A DNA stretch of 64,000 nt from Stylophora pistillata. Lineage: Eukaryota. Within the stretch, counting starts at the first letter, position 1. Each line of letters begins with the position of its first letter. The notes under the pieces were generated by a model, which was not told the origin of the DNA, searched no databases, and saw nothing but the letters and a program-made list of their open reading frames with translations. The stretch spans positions 176,187-240,186 of the forward strand of contig NW_019217843.1 in NCBI RefSeq assembly GCF_002571385.2. Reading direction: 5' to 3'. Shown here piece by piece: positions 37,991 through 51,700 of this stretch. The position numbers were made by a program, and so were the translations under genes.

Positions 37991-40264
37991 ATGAATTGGC
38001 TTCTAAAGTTATGTAAGTCTGGTTGACTACACGACTAAAATCAAGTTGGAGCTTTCATTTATACAAAGAAATTCGTTTAAACTCTCTTACAGGACCTTTT
38101 GTTTGCCTTAATCGACTCTTTAGGGTTTTGTGTTGGTCAACTTTATGTTGGTAAACTAACAACATACAGTTTTTGTTTATAGAACACTTTTCATTGGGTT
38201 TTGAAAATAGCTGCAGTCTCCTCCCTCACTTTACTGTACTCAACAACAGGTTGTTCCCATTCCATTCCGATCTTTTATTTCGTCTAAGAGAGTGAAGGGT
38301 CTCACAACAGTTCTTTGGTCTTCAAAGCGATCACAGTATGTGCATAGGAACTTGGTGAGACCAGCAAGTTTGTTGTTTTCTAACTTAGAAAAAAAAAAAC
38401 AGTCAGTGCCTCTGTTCAAACATCGCTACACACCAATTTCAAATGAGTTCATTACTTAGCAAAACCGAATTTAAAATCTCCAGAAAATTTAATTTAATGA
38501 ACAAAATTTTCACGTCGTTTTCGTGATAGCCTTTGTGAACCGCTGCGTTTTATTAACTATAAAAGAATTCCTGCAAGAAAAGTTGGGTAAGTTATTTAGC
38601 TGGTTGATGAAATCGTTCGATGCGAATCACCTTTTAGTACTGAATAACTCTGAAATTTTGCCAGTTTTTATTGCCAAACTAGAAAAAATTTTCGAAAGCT
38701 AACGAAGTGATCTTCTGTACGTGATGATCGGTGACATGCCCTTCACACCTTTCATTGGCCCCGTGTTTCCGCTTACTCACAAATTGAGAATCAGTTTGTA
38801 AAATCTATAAGAACATAAGTAACAACCCAAAAGTTAACCTGACTACCTGACTTAGCTGTAAGTTGTAGTACCAGTAGAAATTAAATTAAATTTTCATGCG
38901 TACTTTTGATTACTTAATTGATTACATAACAACTGTACAGCGAAGTAGAGCGTTCACTTTTTAAAGAAACACCTCTTTTTTGACGCGAAGTACGTGTTAA
39001 ACGGAAAGAATATTCTCTTACTGTTGACTGATCCATTTCTTTCTAAATCATGTAAATAAACAACTTCAAGATTGAAGAATGCAACCGCAATTGTTGGTCT
39101 TTCAATGATCAGAAAGAACCTTTACAAAGGAGTACACAAAGTGTTTTGTTCAGCTCAAAAGAAAGAGACTAACTAAAGCTGGTTCTATTTCATCCTGTAA
39201 TCTCCAAAAGAAGGAATGTAAAATAAACAAATTTCTTTTAAACGTTGAGTACGCATGATTTGCAGCTTGTACAGATGATAGTTGAGGGCAAATGATATTT
39301 TTTTTGATCGTGAACATTAACATCTTCAAGGCCAAATTCCCCACGCATGCGCACGGTATTGTATGAAACTGATATAACAATTATAAAGGAATGTACAAGA
39401 TCAAAATAGGCAATCCCTCTTAGGTTTTGATAAAAGAAAAATGATAACCATAAGTGACTGGGTTTTTTTCCTCGAAATTGTTGATATATGTGAAGTTTTT
39501 CTCGATTAACATCAAAGTGATGAGTCCATTGAAGAGTCCGTGGTGAATACCCAATGCGCGCGGTATCCCAAAAAACGATATTTTCTAAAAAAAAATATAC
39601 TCTCATCGCTTCCAAACTTATTTCTCTGACGTCAGTTTAACTTATTCGCTTATCTACCATCAGTCGATTTCTTTTTTCTGGTTAAAGATTGAACAAACTG
39701 ACCAGTTTATGTGACTACATTGACTAGTTTCGTTGATTTTGTTTTGCGACCGATTTAACTCTGGAAAATCAAGAGTAGAGGAATGTACCTTTGATAGATG
39801 GAACTGTTTAATGAGCGACCCAAAATCCCTCCTTGATTAAAAGTATACAAAGCTTACTCTAAATATGCAAGTACAGCATTGGTAGTAAAAGGCATTGTGC
39901 ACGCAGCAACTATCTCTCGTGGTAGTCTACTCAAAAGTACGAGAAAGACCTCTGATTAAGAAGTCTGAGGCTGTATATTGCATCAGCGCGCACGTATGTG
40001 CAAAAATCAGCAGTTATTCGAGTTAAGCTGCACGTGATACTATGACTGTCAGTGGTAATCTCAAACGATCCTTTAGATTGCGTAATAAGAAGAAATGTGC
40101 CTTCCACGGATACTAACTTGACCAAAATAATTCGTAAAATAATCACGGAACTCGATTTGCGATCCAAAAATGAGATATTAAGCTCATTCTCTTTGCAGTT
40201 CTTCAGGCATTAAGTGAAATTTGCGCTGTATTGGATTGGTTGAAAGCTGTCCTTAATGAGATAG
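37991..40264 (+). CDS. Candidate 5' exons of an uncharacterised gene (37991-38012 and 40199-40264)
   Basis: MNWLLKL ends at a GTAAGT donor (phase 1). A 66 nt exon after CTCTTTGCAG encodes FLQALSEICAVLDWLKAVLNEI and is phase-compatible with both 40523 and 45791. The true start is uncertain. Confidence 0.45.
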
Positions 40265-40522
40265 GTTGGACAGGGATAAGCAAGATGCAGAGTTTTATTA
40301 TTTGGTGTTCTCACTTGCGTATCACGAACATTGGGTCAATGTTAAATAAAAGTTCTCTTCAAACTGGTGACAATAACTCTGTTGTACCCTCTGAGAGAAA
40401 GGCAAAGTTAATGTCACCTTTTCCACGAAAAATTGTTATTCATACAGTTTATAAGCTCTTGTTATTTATAAAAATTGGAATGACAAATTTTCTCAACAAA
40501 ATTAATTTTTTTCATTCAACAG

Positions 40523-42444
40523 AGTATCTTTACAGGCCATCCTGTGAGCCTGATGTCGGAAAAGGTCTGTTGGCAATCGTCCAGCAACACGTGATGAGTC
40601 ATAGTCAGGCCATGCAGCGAAGGAGAAGTGACTCCATTGCCTCCTCGAAGCCCCACACAGGAACCTTGGAAACGGGCCTAAGAAAGTGGAGTGGGGACAG
40701 GAACCGCGCAAGTAACGACGAGTCTTCCATCGGTAAGACTTCTGACAAAGACTCTTATTCAAACAAGGGCGACACCAACACCACCACTATGACCGCAACA
40801 ACAAACAGCTCGATAAATAAAACCAGCGCCAGCGGCAGTGTAATTTCTATAAACACCTCTAAGTACACTAACAACAAGAAAAACAAATACAAAAACAAAG
40901 TCATCAAATCAGCAAGTACAAACGTAAGTAACAGTGCAATTAAGGCTGAAGTACCTAATCCTCAGACACACGATCTAAGAGGAAATATAACTAAAGAAAA
41001 CCAGGCTAACATATACCCCCAAACAACTTCTTCCGTGCCCAGGCAAGTAGTGCTATCAGGCAGCCCGAGCAAACATGTTCCTCAGGGGAATTCAGAGCAA
41101 GATATTCCTTTAGTAATGCCATCGAATAGAAAGATAAGCGCTGTGCTTCCTCCAGGAAGCGTGAACACCACCCAGGTTCCCCAGAGAAAGTCCAGTGTGA
41201 ACGTAATGAAACGTTCGCCTGTTACTTTTGTGATTTCAAAGGATAAAGCCGGGAAAACCGAAGTACCTAGAAGACTGTCGCTATTTCAAATTTCTAGCGG
41301 GGTAAATTTAAACGATTCGCGATTCCTTCCACTGAGTCGCGAGGAAGCTGAAGATTATAATAAGATGAAAACCACGGAGGACAGCGCATTACCTGGAAAA
41401 AATTGGACCTACACAATGAGTTCAAAAGTCACAGTTCATGGTGGAGGAGGCGCAGTTGTGCGTAAATTAGGACTTGCTCTAGAGAGACCTGTTCTTGATG
41501 ATTCTCTTTCAACTGAGGAGAGATTTGCGGCACTGAGCGAGAGATATGCCAACTTAAAGGCGAAGATTGAAGGAAATGATAGGAAGAAGAAATCCACAGA
41601 GTCCTCACCCAAAGCAGTAGAGAAGAGTGCTACCGGTCCATCTAGTGAAGACACATTAACCCAGACAAAATGCTGGACAACGGTTGAAAATATTTCAGTT
41701 CAAGAATACATTGATCGACTATCTGCCAATCCCTGTGACTTAACGAAGGCTGAAACCCAAGAGACACTGACTGGCAAGAAGAAATCTCCAAAGTCGTCCC
41801 TCAAATCTGGTGGGAAGAGTGATTGTAGTCCATATATAGAAGACACATTAATCCAGTCGAAATACTGGACAACGGTTGAAAGTATTCCAGTTCAAGAAGC
41901 TCTTGATCGAGTATCTGACAAACCCCGTGACTCATCAGAGGTTGAAAAGCAGGACATGCTGACTTGCAGCGACAGAAACAAGCAGACAAAAAATGACGAG
42001 GAACATAACATCCGTAGAAGCCACATGCCAACTATGAGTAATGACTTCAACATCATAACAAGCTGCGTAAATGATGGTGCAAATAATTCTTCCGTCGATC
42101 TGAACAATAACAGCAAGCCCAGCGTCGCCAAGACACAAGTTGAGGAAGATAGAAGACCCAGTGATTGCTCTTTGGTTGATAGTAAGACGCCTCTTAACTC
42201 ACGACCTGAAACACTAACGCAAAAGACAAGGACAAGTGTCGTTGCAAAGCTGATGAACAGGAAAATGAATCGTAGAAGAAAACAAAGCATAGTACCATGT
42301 CTGGTGAAACGAAGATCAAGGGTGTATACTAAGGACTGTTCTGGACACGAGGGTATTCCAGCTTCTGTGGCAGAGTTTGAGGAGATCAGAACGTTTGTGG
42401 AAAACACAGTGCTTCGTGCCCCAGTGCGACAAGAGGTGGGTTAA
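40523..42444 (+). CDS. Large exon encoding a Ser/Thr/Lys-rich intrinsically disordered region (uncharacterised)
   Basis: 1.9 kb stop-free frame in AT-rich DNA. Acceptor TTTTTTTCATTCAACAG ends at 40522. The frame ends at the stop at 42444, or via donor 42436 to TCATGA at 42655-42660. Contains an internal ~42 aa duplication and many RRxS/RKxS motifs. Confidence 0.75.
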
Positions 42445-42724
42445 AGTGGTTAAAGTACTGTGTAACAGTGATTTTACAGATAGTTGACGATAAGATCCGG
42501 AACATGTGAGGCTGCTGTTCTTTTTTCAGTGATAGGAATCACTAGATAGTAGCCATCTTGGAAACATTCACGTAAATTAATTTTCGTAAGTAATATGTGT
42601 TACAGCGAACAGAGTTTCCCGAACCAATTGTTCTCTTGTCCTCTTATCCAACAGTCATGATATGCCGGTCTTATTTCAACTATACTGGGGGAATACCAGG
42701 GGGGAATAAAAAAAATCCACCGAC

Positions 42725-42815
42725 GTATGGCTTCATAGCTTAGTCGGTAGTAGCGCCTAGCAAAATATCTCTGACGCGGGTTCTATCCTTGTCGAATCCT
42801 GATATTTTCACACCT
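42725..42815 (+). mobile_element. Highly degenerate tRNA-derived repeat fragment
   Basis: TGGCTTCATAGCTTAGTCGGTAG...GCGGGTTCTATCC...CCTGATATTTTC, with A and B box remnants. Confidence 0.5.
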
Positions 42816-45790
42816 CATGTTATGACTTGAATTACAGTCGTGTTCATCACTTGTTAATGCCGTATGACGGAATAGATGAAGCAATAAGAGACTGATCTTT
42901 TCAGCAAACTGAATTCTCCGGAGAGAAGGAGGGGAAAGAAATAAATGAATTAAGCTGAGAAAATTGTGATACAAGTCAGTTTTTTTTTTACTTTTGTTAG
43001 GCGTCAAATATCCTAGAATTATTAAATGGACTCTCGTCCTGTTTGAGTGAAATAGAGTTAGTCGCCATTTGTAAAGAGTGTTCCAAGACTCTACAGACTT
43101 TGGACGCACTGGGAAGTTTGCGTAGGTGTTGAAATGTTGTTTTTTTTTGTTGTTATTGTTTTCTGGCCTAGCTTAAATAACCTTAGTAAGATAAAAGAGA
43201 CAGTGTTCACTTCAAACGAGCCACAGCAAAAGAACGTAGCGCTTTGGGCCAAGTAACGTCAGCACCTACCTTGTAAGATTAATTGCACCAGTGATTATAG
43301 AGATGCATGCCTTTTGATTGGTTCATGATTACACCGTACCTAACGATGTGATTTTGATACTGAAGCGCTAAGGCATTTGCACTGGTTGTCGCTTGGATAA
43401 TTTTTTTTGAATGATTATCGTCCTCAGGTTCGACTAATAATGTCAAATGATTGTTAATTATTATTTTGAATACACAATTTTATGGCAGAAAGCAAAATGA
43501 GACCTAAAATCTTGAATTTCATTTTACAGTCACTAAAAATCGCACAGATGTCCTTTAATTTTTATCTTACAGCAACGTATCTCTCCTTGGAGACGGTTTT
43601 CATAAACCCAAGCGGAACAATCAAGTTCAAGCATCTAAGCACAGGTTTGTTCACTGAAAAGCGAGATAAATGAAGCATATTTACCCTTCTTGGCTCGGTA
43701 CTTTTTTAAAAGAGTTAAAACTCTGCAGACAGGCCTAAGCACCTCCTAGGTTTGTTATAAGGGGTCTCAATATCTTAGTGTTCGGAGACATTATTGATAG
43801 AGTGTACCCGACTGTTTGAGTACTAACTCTTACAACCCTCTGAAGGCAGAAACTGACTCATGAAGGACGGGCTAGATACATACAAGAAGGAAAAGAACAA
43901 AATCTCAATGATTCAGTTTGCATTTCATAGAGGATGGCGAAGGGTTTACACGTGGCGCGCGATTAGGCCCAAAATTAACACGCGACACGTAGATTGTACA
44001 GAAAGGCAAACTAAGTTGAGATTAAAGTTTTCGTCTTAAATTCGTGAAGCGTGAGAAACTATTTGAAATACACGTGACGCGTAAAGTTTCGAAAATTCGT
44101 GCGTGAAACGAGATCAAACCCCCCCCCTCACTCCTTCGAAAACCACGCCTAACGCAATACTTAACGTTGATTACAAAACCGCTCCTTTCCTTGAGAGTCC
44201 AGAGAAGTACTCAAGTTTATAAGCAATTTCAAGCTATTTCTATGTAGCTTAAAAGAAATTTTATCGAAAAACATGCAAGCTGCATGATGAGCAAATAATT
44301 TTTATTGATCAGGTGCGAGAGATAATCTGAATCTATTCGAGTGGAGAGATGTGAAAGTGACAAAAAACCAGGACTGGGTGATTGATAGGACAAAAGAAGC
44401 TTTATAGGGATTTTTCTCGATACTTCGAAGACCCACGAATTCCGTCTTACTTCATTAGCAAACTCCTTGTTATATTTGGGTTTCAAATGTGATCTTTAGA
44501 TTTGCACAACAATATATCCATTTCAGTCGTAGCTAATTTAGGTTAACCTTTCTCCCCTGAGATTCGTAGTTCACATTTTGCCCGCCTAAAAACAATTAGG
44601 TAAGAGCGTCCTCGCACGTCTCTGAGTCCAGGGTTTATTTTGATCGTACAAATTGGACAGTCTTTAACCAACAATCTCGAATATACATCCACTTTAGAAA
44701 GGAACTTCGTCGGAGAAGAGACATGTTTTCGTGACAACAAAGATCTGTCGCGAGCTTTCCGGTGTTTCCAGCCCCTCTTTGCATTTCAAGTGAGTCAAAC
44801 CGTATAGTCTACAATTAAAGATCCTTAGCCCTTTCGCTGTGGTAATATATTATGTACGTATATCGTATTCAACACAGAGTTTTTCAATCCAATGGAAACG
44901 ATTGAAAGACGATTCACTTGTTTTGTAAATTGATTGGAATAGCAGTTAAGTGTTCCTCTCTGGATGAACTCGCCTTTTTTTTTTCTTGGTATTTAGCATT
45001 AATTGCTAAGTTACACAACGTTTCTTCTGTGGTATCACTCTCGGATGGGTTGCTCCTAGATCTTGATATTCTGCAATATCAACTTAATTTGTCAAGTTAT
45101 AATTTTAAACATTCGTAAACATCAGTGCTTTTTTGTAGTCTATTAAAACGATTAGGACTTGAATTGTCAGCTAAAAATAGCTCTAGCAATGTACAAACAC
45201 TGTGTCTTCCATTAACGAGTTTGTAATTAGCAAGCGTTTTGTGTATGATGCGATCACAACTTAGGATGTCGTAAAAGTTTCAGTTTCATAAGAGTTGCTC
45301 CGTCTCGCTCTTATAACTTCCTCTCTCACACTAGTTGCGCATGAAAAGTAGTAATTACGGGCGCGAGACGTTTGATTATAGAACTTATCTCTTAATGTCA
45401 AAGCTTTTGTGTTGTTCAAATCTTAATGCATTGTGCTTATCTTATCAAGTCAATCTGTAGTCTGCGCGCAGACTCAGAGAGTAGCAGCTGTAGCCATAGA
45501 GCTGAAAATGCCCTCAGTTGTTCTTTGGGGAAACATAATGTAGGACAAATCAGATCTTTGGTATTGCCTACGAATTTAACATTGCAATGCAACACTTTTA
45601 TTTTACTGCTGTCACTTTTTGTGTCTGGTGAGATACTGACTTGTCTTTCCTAAACCGTTGTTTAAACTATTAATCCTGTTTAGTATCCCATTTCATAGTC
45701 GTGTCAGTAACAAACTCTTGTTAGTACAGCCTGCTAATTGATCAATAATTGATGAAGCACGTTAACATTTGTCCTTATTTTCTTTGTCAG

Positions 45791-48700
45791 GGATCTCCAT
45801 TGATGATTTGTACCTGGCTCCAGAACACTCCAGCAAGTTTGCGTCTGAAAAGGTATGTAGTGTACTACTGTTAATGAAAGCTCTGAGACGACTACATGGT
45901 CTATTAACGTTTGGAGCGCTGTTTTACGTAAAAGCCGTCAATGCCTTAAGGAAAAGACCAAACTCACTGGGGCCAATATAAAGATTCATTTGCATTTGAT
46001 AGAAGTATACCTCAATATATCTTCTGGTCTTTCAAAATCAAATATTAGATCCGTCAAGTTTTTAAGGTGTAGCATTTGAGATGAATTTATTTAACTGGTT
46101 TGGGTCCGTATGGAGAAGTTGTCAAAATTGTGTCATGTGCACGAAGATAGACTTGTTTTTTAAACTATATAAAGAACAAACCCACCAGAAACTGTTCTGG
46201 CGAATGACACAAAATTTAACGTTGCTGCATGCGCAATGTTGTTATACTAGTCACGATTAATGATGTCTTAATCTGTTAACAGCAACTTTCAGTGAACAAA
46301 TTTATCAGTGCCTTCGAGGCAAAGTTGATTTGAACAACAATTCATTTAAGCGGAGGGTTTTTTTAACATATGAATATTAACCAACCAGCGTGAAAAATTA
46401 ACAAGCTTGACCTCGTATGGGCAAAACATTAGAAAAACAAACTTGCCGTTGAACAGTTATTGAGTCAAACACAGATCCAGTTCCATCTTGGGCGTGTAGT
46501 CTCCTAACAAAGTACGTACTGTCACAAAAATATTGCGAGTAGTTCTTCTCAAAAGCAGCTAGCGAACAAATGCGGTGCTTTTAGCCTGTTATCCGAAGAT
46601 AATTGGAAGAGCGTGTCAACCGAAGACGTAAACTTGCACATCGACAGCACTTGTTGATTGTTAGAAATGACCAAACTGACTTGTAATTATTGGTTGTTAA
46701 CTTATGTCCAAGTTTCATTCCTAAATGTGTTGCATGTCTAAAGATGTTTTGCTTTGACAATTTTTTTTCCGTTTCTTTTTCTTTTCCGGCGAGAAAGGAA
46801 TATTGTGTTAATCAAATTTCTTACTTATCATTCAAACCAGTGTACTAACAAATCATATAATTACGATGAATTTTGCGATACAGAGTATTGTTGGGGTTGA
46901 GCAATCTTTGGGTTTGACGGCTGGAGTTTTCGTGCTTTTTAAATCACACTTGCATGTCTAGACAACTCATTTTTTTCACTAATCCTTATGTCTGACTCTT
47001 CTGCAATAAATGTTCCTTCGATATCACTGCACAGACAGAAAACGATAAGATGAAATGGGCTCAATTTTATGATTCTCAATTTTGCTTTGCCATCCAGTTC
47101 GTTTGAATTTCTCTTTAAATTCTGTCCAAACATATCTTAAACATATCTGAAGTGTAGATCCGGTTTTATCAGAGCGTGTCGCTAATCAGGGCTGATTATT
47201 AGCAGTTATTAGCCATCATAAAATTCCATTTCGATTAAGGGAAATAATTTATATGATCTGTAGCACAAACATGTAAAATTTATGATACAATAAGCTATTT
47301 TCTGCTGCCATCTTGCTCGAGGTGGCTACAGGCAAGAAGTATTGTATAGAACCCTAGGTACAAGCAAGGAGGTTTGTACAGAACTCTGGCTGTAAGAAAT
47401 AACCAGTTAATCTAAAACGCCTTGTAAAACTTTCAATAATTATCTGATTTAGTGCAGAAAGCCCTGGTCAAGATTTCAGGCTCAGGAAAGCTCCTACTTG
47501 ATTAAAAAAATTCTGTTTCAAAATGTGGCGAAGGAAATGCGGTTTGATACGCATTCATTAAACTAAAAGACGTATATTGAAAATGATCACATTAATGACT
47601 CATTTATCACTGGCCAGGCTATGGGATGTCTTTGTCAGTTTTAAGGGCTCTCAACCATCTTTCCTTTCTTTAATTGTGATTTAGTACATTAGGATAATGA
47701 GTCTATGGTGATAAGTAAGGGAATTTTGGTTAGGTTTGGTCTCGTTAAAAAATAGCCAGAAGATAAAAATTACGTATGATTCACGATCCTCGCAGTAGAG
47801 AGCGCTATTTATGCAATAGCGAAAATCAGACCTGAAAAGAATCAGGCCTGTACGGGATTCGAACCACTAACCTCTGCGATACTAGTGCAGTGCTCTACCA
47901 ATTGAGCTAACAAGCCAACTGGGAGCAGGCCGTTAAGTTGATTCGTAATAAACCCGAGGTGATAAATCAGATACGATGAATATATGAAGTTCATATATTT
48001 TGAACTGCGGTTATAGATACGTATGATGCACTATCCTCGCAGTAGAGAGCGCTATTTATGCAATAGCGAAAATCAGACATGAAAAAAATCAGGCTTGTAC
48101 GGGATTCGAACCAGTTACCTCTGCGATACTAGTGCAGCGCTCTACCAATTGAGCTAACAAGCCAACTGGGAGTAGGCCGTTAAGTTGATTCGTAATAAAC
48201 CCGTGATGATAAATCAGATACGATGAATATATGAAGTTCATATATTTTGAACTGCGGTTATAGATACGTATGATGCACTATCCTCGCAGTAGAGAGCGCT
48301 ATTTATGCAATAGCGAAAATCAGACATGAAAAAAATCAGGCTTGTACGGGATTCGAACCAGTTACCTCTGCGATACTAGTGCAGCGCTCTACCAATTGAG
48401 CTAACAAGCCAACTGGGAGCAGGCCGTTAAGTTGATTCGTAATAAACCCGTGATGATAAATCAGATACAATGAATATATGAAGTTCATATATTTTGAACT
48501 GCGGTTATAGATACGTATGATGCACTATCCTCGCAGTAGAGAGCGCTATTTATGCAATAGCGAAAATCAGACCTGAAAAAAATCAGGCCTGTACGGGATT
48601 CGAACCACTGACCTCTGCGATACTAGTGCAGCGCTCTACCAATTGAGCTAACAAGCCAACTGGGAGNNNNNNNNNNNNNNNNNNNNNNNNNNNNNNNNNN

Positions 48701-51700
48701 NNNNNNNNNNNNNNNNNNNNNNNNNNNNNNNNNNNNNNNNNNNNNNNNNNNNNNNNNNNNNNNNNNNNNNNNNNNNNNNNNNNNNNNNNNNNNNNNNNNN
48801 NNNNNNNNNNNNNNNNNNNNNNNNNNNNNNNNNNNNNNNNNNNNNNNNNNNNNNNNNNNNNNNNNNNNNNNNNNNNNNNNNNNNNNNNNNNNNNNNNNNN
48901 NNNNNNNNNNNNNNNNNNNNNNNNNNNNNNNNNNNNNNNNNNNNNNNNNNNNNNNNNNNNNNNNNNNNNNNNNNNNNNNNNNNNNNNNNNNNNNNNNNNN
49001 NNNNNNNNNNNNNNNNNNNNNNNNNNNNNNNNNNNNNNNNNNNNNNNNNNNNNNNNNNNNNNNNNNNNNNNNNNNNNNNNNNNNNNNNNNNNNNNNNNNN
49101 NNNNNNNNNNNNNNNNNNNNNNNNNNNNNNNNNNNNNNNNNNNNNNNNNNNNNNNNNNNNNNNNNNNNNNNNNNNNNNNNNNNNNNNNNNNNNNNNNNNN
49201 NNNNNNNNNNNNNNNNNNNNNNNNNNNNNNNNNNNNNNNNNNNNNNNNNNNNNNNNNNNNNNNNNNNNNNNNNNNNNNNNNNNNNNNNNNNNNNNNNNNN
49301 NNNNNNNNNNNNNNNNNNNNNNNNNNNNNNNNNNNNNNNNNNNNNNNNNNNNNNNNNNNNNNNNNNNNNNNNNNNNNNNNNNNNNNNNNNNNNNNNNNNN
49401 NNNNNNNNNNNNNNNNNNNNNNNNNNNNNNNNNNNNNNNNNNNNNNNNNNNNNNNNNNNNNNNNNNNNNNNNNNNNNNNNNNNNNNNNNNNNNNNNNNNN
49501 NNNNNNNNNNNNNNNNNNNNNNNNNNNNNNNNNNNNNNNNNNNNNNNNNNNNNNNNNNNNNNNNNNNNNNNNNNNNNNNNNNNNNNNNNNNNNNNNNNNN
49601 NNNNNNNNNNNNNNNNNNNNNNNNNNNNNNNNNNNNNNNNNNNNNNNNNNNNNNNNNNNTCGACACTTAACTGAAAACTGCTCTTTCACTGTTTGATTTG
49701 AAGGAAAAATTTCCTTTTTTCTTTTCTCTTTATTGTGGCGAATAGGGTAAATAAACTAGCCAAATTGCAAGTCTGGCATAACGCTTATGCTTAAGGTGGC
49801 TCGTACCAGTTTCCTCGCGCGGGGAACAGACCACTCTTGCGTCATGCGAGAGAGAAACGTGCGAAAGAAGCGCGAGATTAAAAGACGAAAATGTAAAACA
49901 AAGATGGCGGCGCGAGGATTTTTTCTACTTATGTGAGAAGTTTTCCTAAGAGCTTGCATTTGAGGTGTTGAGCGGCCACTGTGAATGCAGGAGATAGAAA
50001 CTAAGATAAAGAAGACGATTTTCGGAGAAGTAAAGGTTGCTTCACTTCACTTTTAAAAGAAATATTCAACCGATATGAAATCTTGCGACGGCGAAAAAAG
50101 AACTCAAGTGAAGGATAATCTAAATCTACCTGAAGTGGAAGAAGACTTTGAAACTTCAAGGAAAATAATATGATATAGCCAGAAGTCATGTGTAGGATTT
50201 TTAAGATGAGCCCGGGAGGCCGTCTTTGACGGTTGTTTAATGATTTTCTTAGCAGTAAACGTCTGTAAACATTAGATCGTAAGCGGTCGCGCGAGCACAC
50301 TCAATTGTCAGCGGTAGCTAAAACAGATCATGAGCAAATATCGATCTTATAGAATCCAGATTTTTAAATGCGCGAGAACGCGCGTGGAAATTGCTAATCT
50401 CACGAAAGCTATTGCATGAAAACAAGTCCGGTGACCCCTTCTTTTTATTGTTCCAATATGATAATAACGTCGAAAGGAATCATCAGAAAAAAAATTAGAA
50501 AATTTTACGGAAGAAAATTTGCGATGTCTGAAAATTGCCTTTTTTCCAGATTTTCTGAAATTCCGCTGCACAGAATTTTTTAAAAATCTATGTGCATTTT
50601 CCTTTTCAAGTGCCAAAAGCAATCACTGAAAAAAATCATGGGGTCACCGGGTTAGTTTTCGAATTATTTAAGCCACAAGCTAGAAAATACGTCTGAATAC
50701 GCCTATGAAAGTGTTGCCATGGAAACTGCTAGTGACGAAATGACACCTATTTTTGGATGACCAATTATTACATAATTCAACCCCGTAAAAGTGTTCGACT
50801 GGCCTTGGTCAGTCTTTCTGTTGTATTCTTTCAAAGTTACAAACCATCAAAAAGATGAAAACCGGTACGATCCACCTTAATTGATACCTTCTGTCGCAAG
50901 GAAATGAGTTAAGAGATTTGGAGGCGAACTGGTTAAAGTAGTGGCGAACTTTTTTTGCTGTTGGAGGCGGACTTGCCCGGGTGGTAAGGAACGAACAGTT
51001 AAAAGTTGTGGGCTGAGTGAACTGACGGTCATTTCAACATGTCGTGCTGGCACCATCATAAGGGATTTCCTACATTTTCAGTGGAGTAACAAGTATTCTC
51101 GTGGCATGTTTTTTTACTCAAAGAGATATAAATTAAAGGACATAACACTGATGAAAAAAAAAAAGTTGTCGAGAAGGGGTAAAATTGATTGGCGTTAGGT
51201 AAACGTGGTTCAGACTTTGGGGTCTCTGAAAATCAAAAGTGGATTATTTTTTAAGAAAAACGTGAAATTTGCTTGAGGCAAGAACAGTTGGAAATATTTT
51301 GTATTTTGTACAGATTCTACAGTGCTATCGTGTCAATGTTGTTTCCCAATGTTCTCAATAATTCACATTCTTCACTTTCGTTCCAGACATGCGAGTCTTT
51401 ACAGACTGAAAATGATATGACGTCAAGGGAGAGATGTCAGGCTTTGCTATGGGAATACCAAGCGTCTGCGACCGTGGACAGCGATGACGTGAGTTCTTTA
51501 GAGGACTGTGAGAAAGGTTTCCCCGAGTCCTAACTCAATTGCGTTCACTCTTTTAAGCGGGTGATTACGGTAATTTCTAAGAAAACATCTCAAAGACAAC
51601 TGTCTTTACTTGGTAAGATTTTGTGTAGTAGCAGAATAAAAAAGACAAGTTTTGGTAAAGTTCTTCTTCAGTTAATAGGGACCCTGGCGCGAACCAAAAC

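Larger units (their letters stand above)
47771..48666 (-). repeat. Tandem array of a 247 bp tRNA-containing unit (>=3.6 copies, runs into gap)
   Basis: Unit starts (TACGTATGAT) at 47771, 48018, 48265 and 48512. Copies differ by only a few bases. Confidence 0.97.

Noticed and set aside
40231-40522. N-terminal ~97 aa of the 737 aa ORF as continuous coding sequence
   Set aside because: TTG start, and 40265-40522 has a GT donor, a polypyrimidine tract and an AG acceptor. It is probably an intron that happens to be open.
47790-47830. Hammerhead in the tRNA unit (GCTATT/AATAGC helix followed by GAAA)
   Set aside because: No CUGANGA upstream of the helix.
47771-48666. CRISPR array or functional tRNA gene cluster
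   Set aside because: The whole unit repeats with no unique spacers, and the context is eukaryotic. Stems have mismatches and the anticodon varies among family copies.
48583-49689. 368 aa and 347 aa ORFs in the track
   Set aside because: Artefacts of reading through the N gap.
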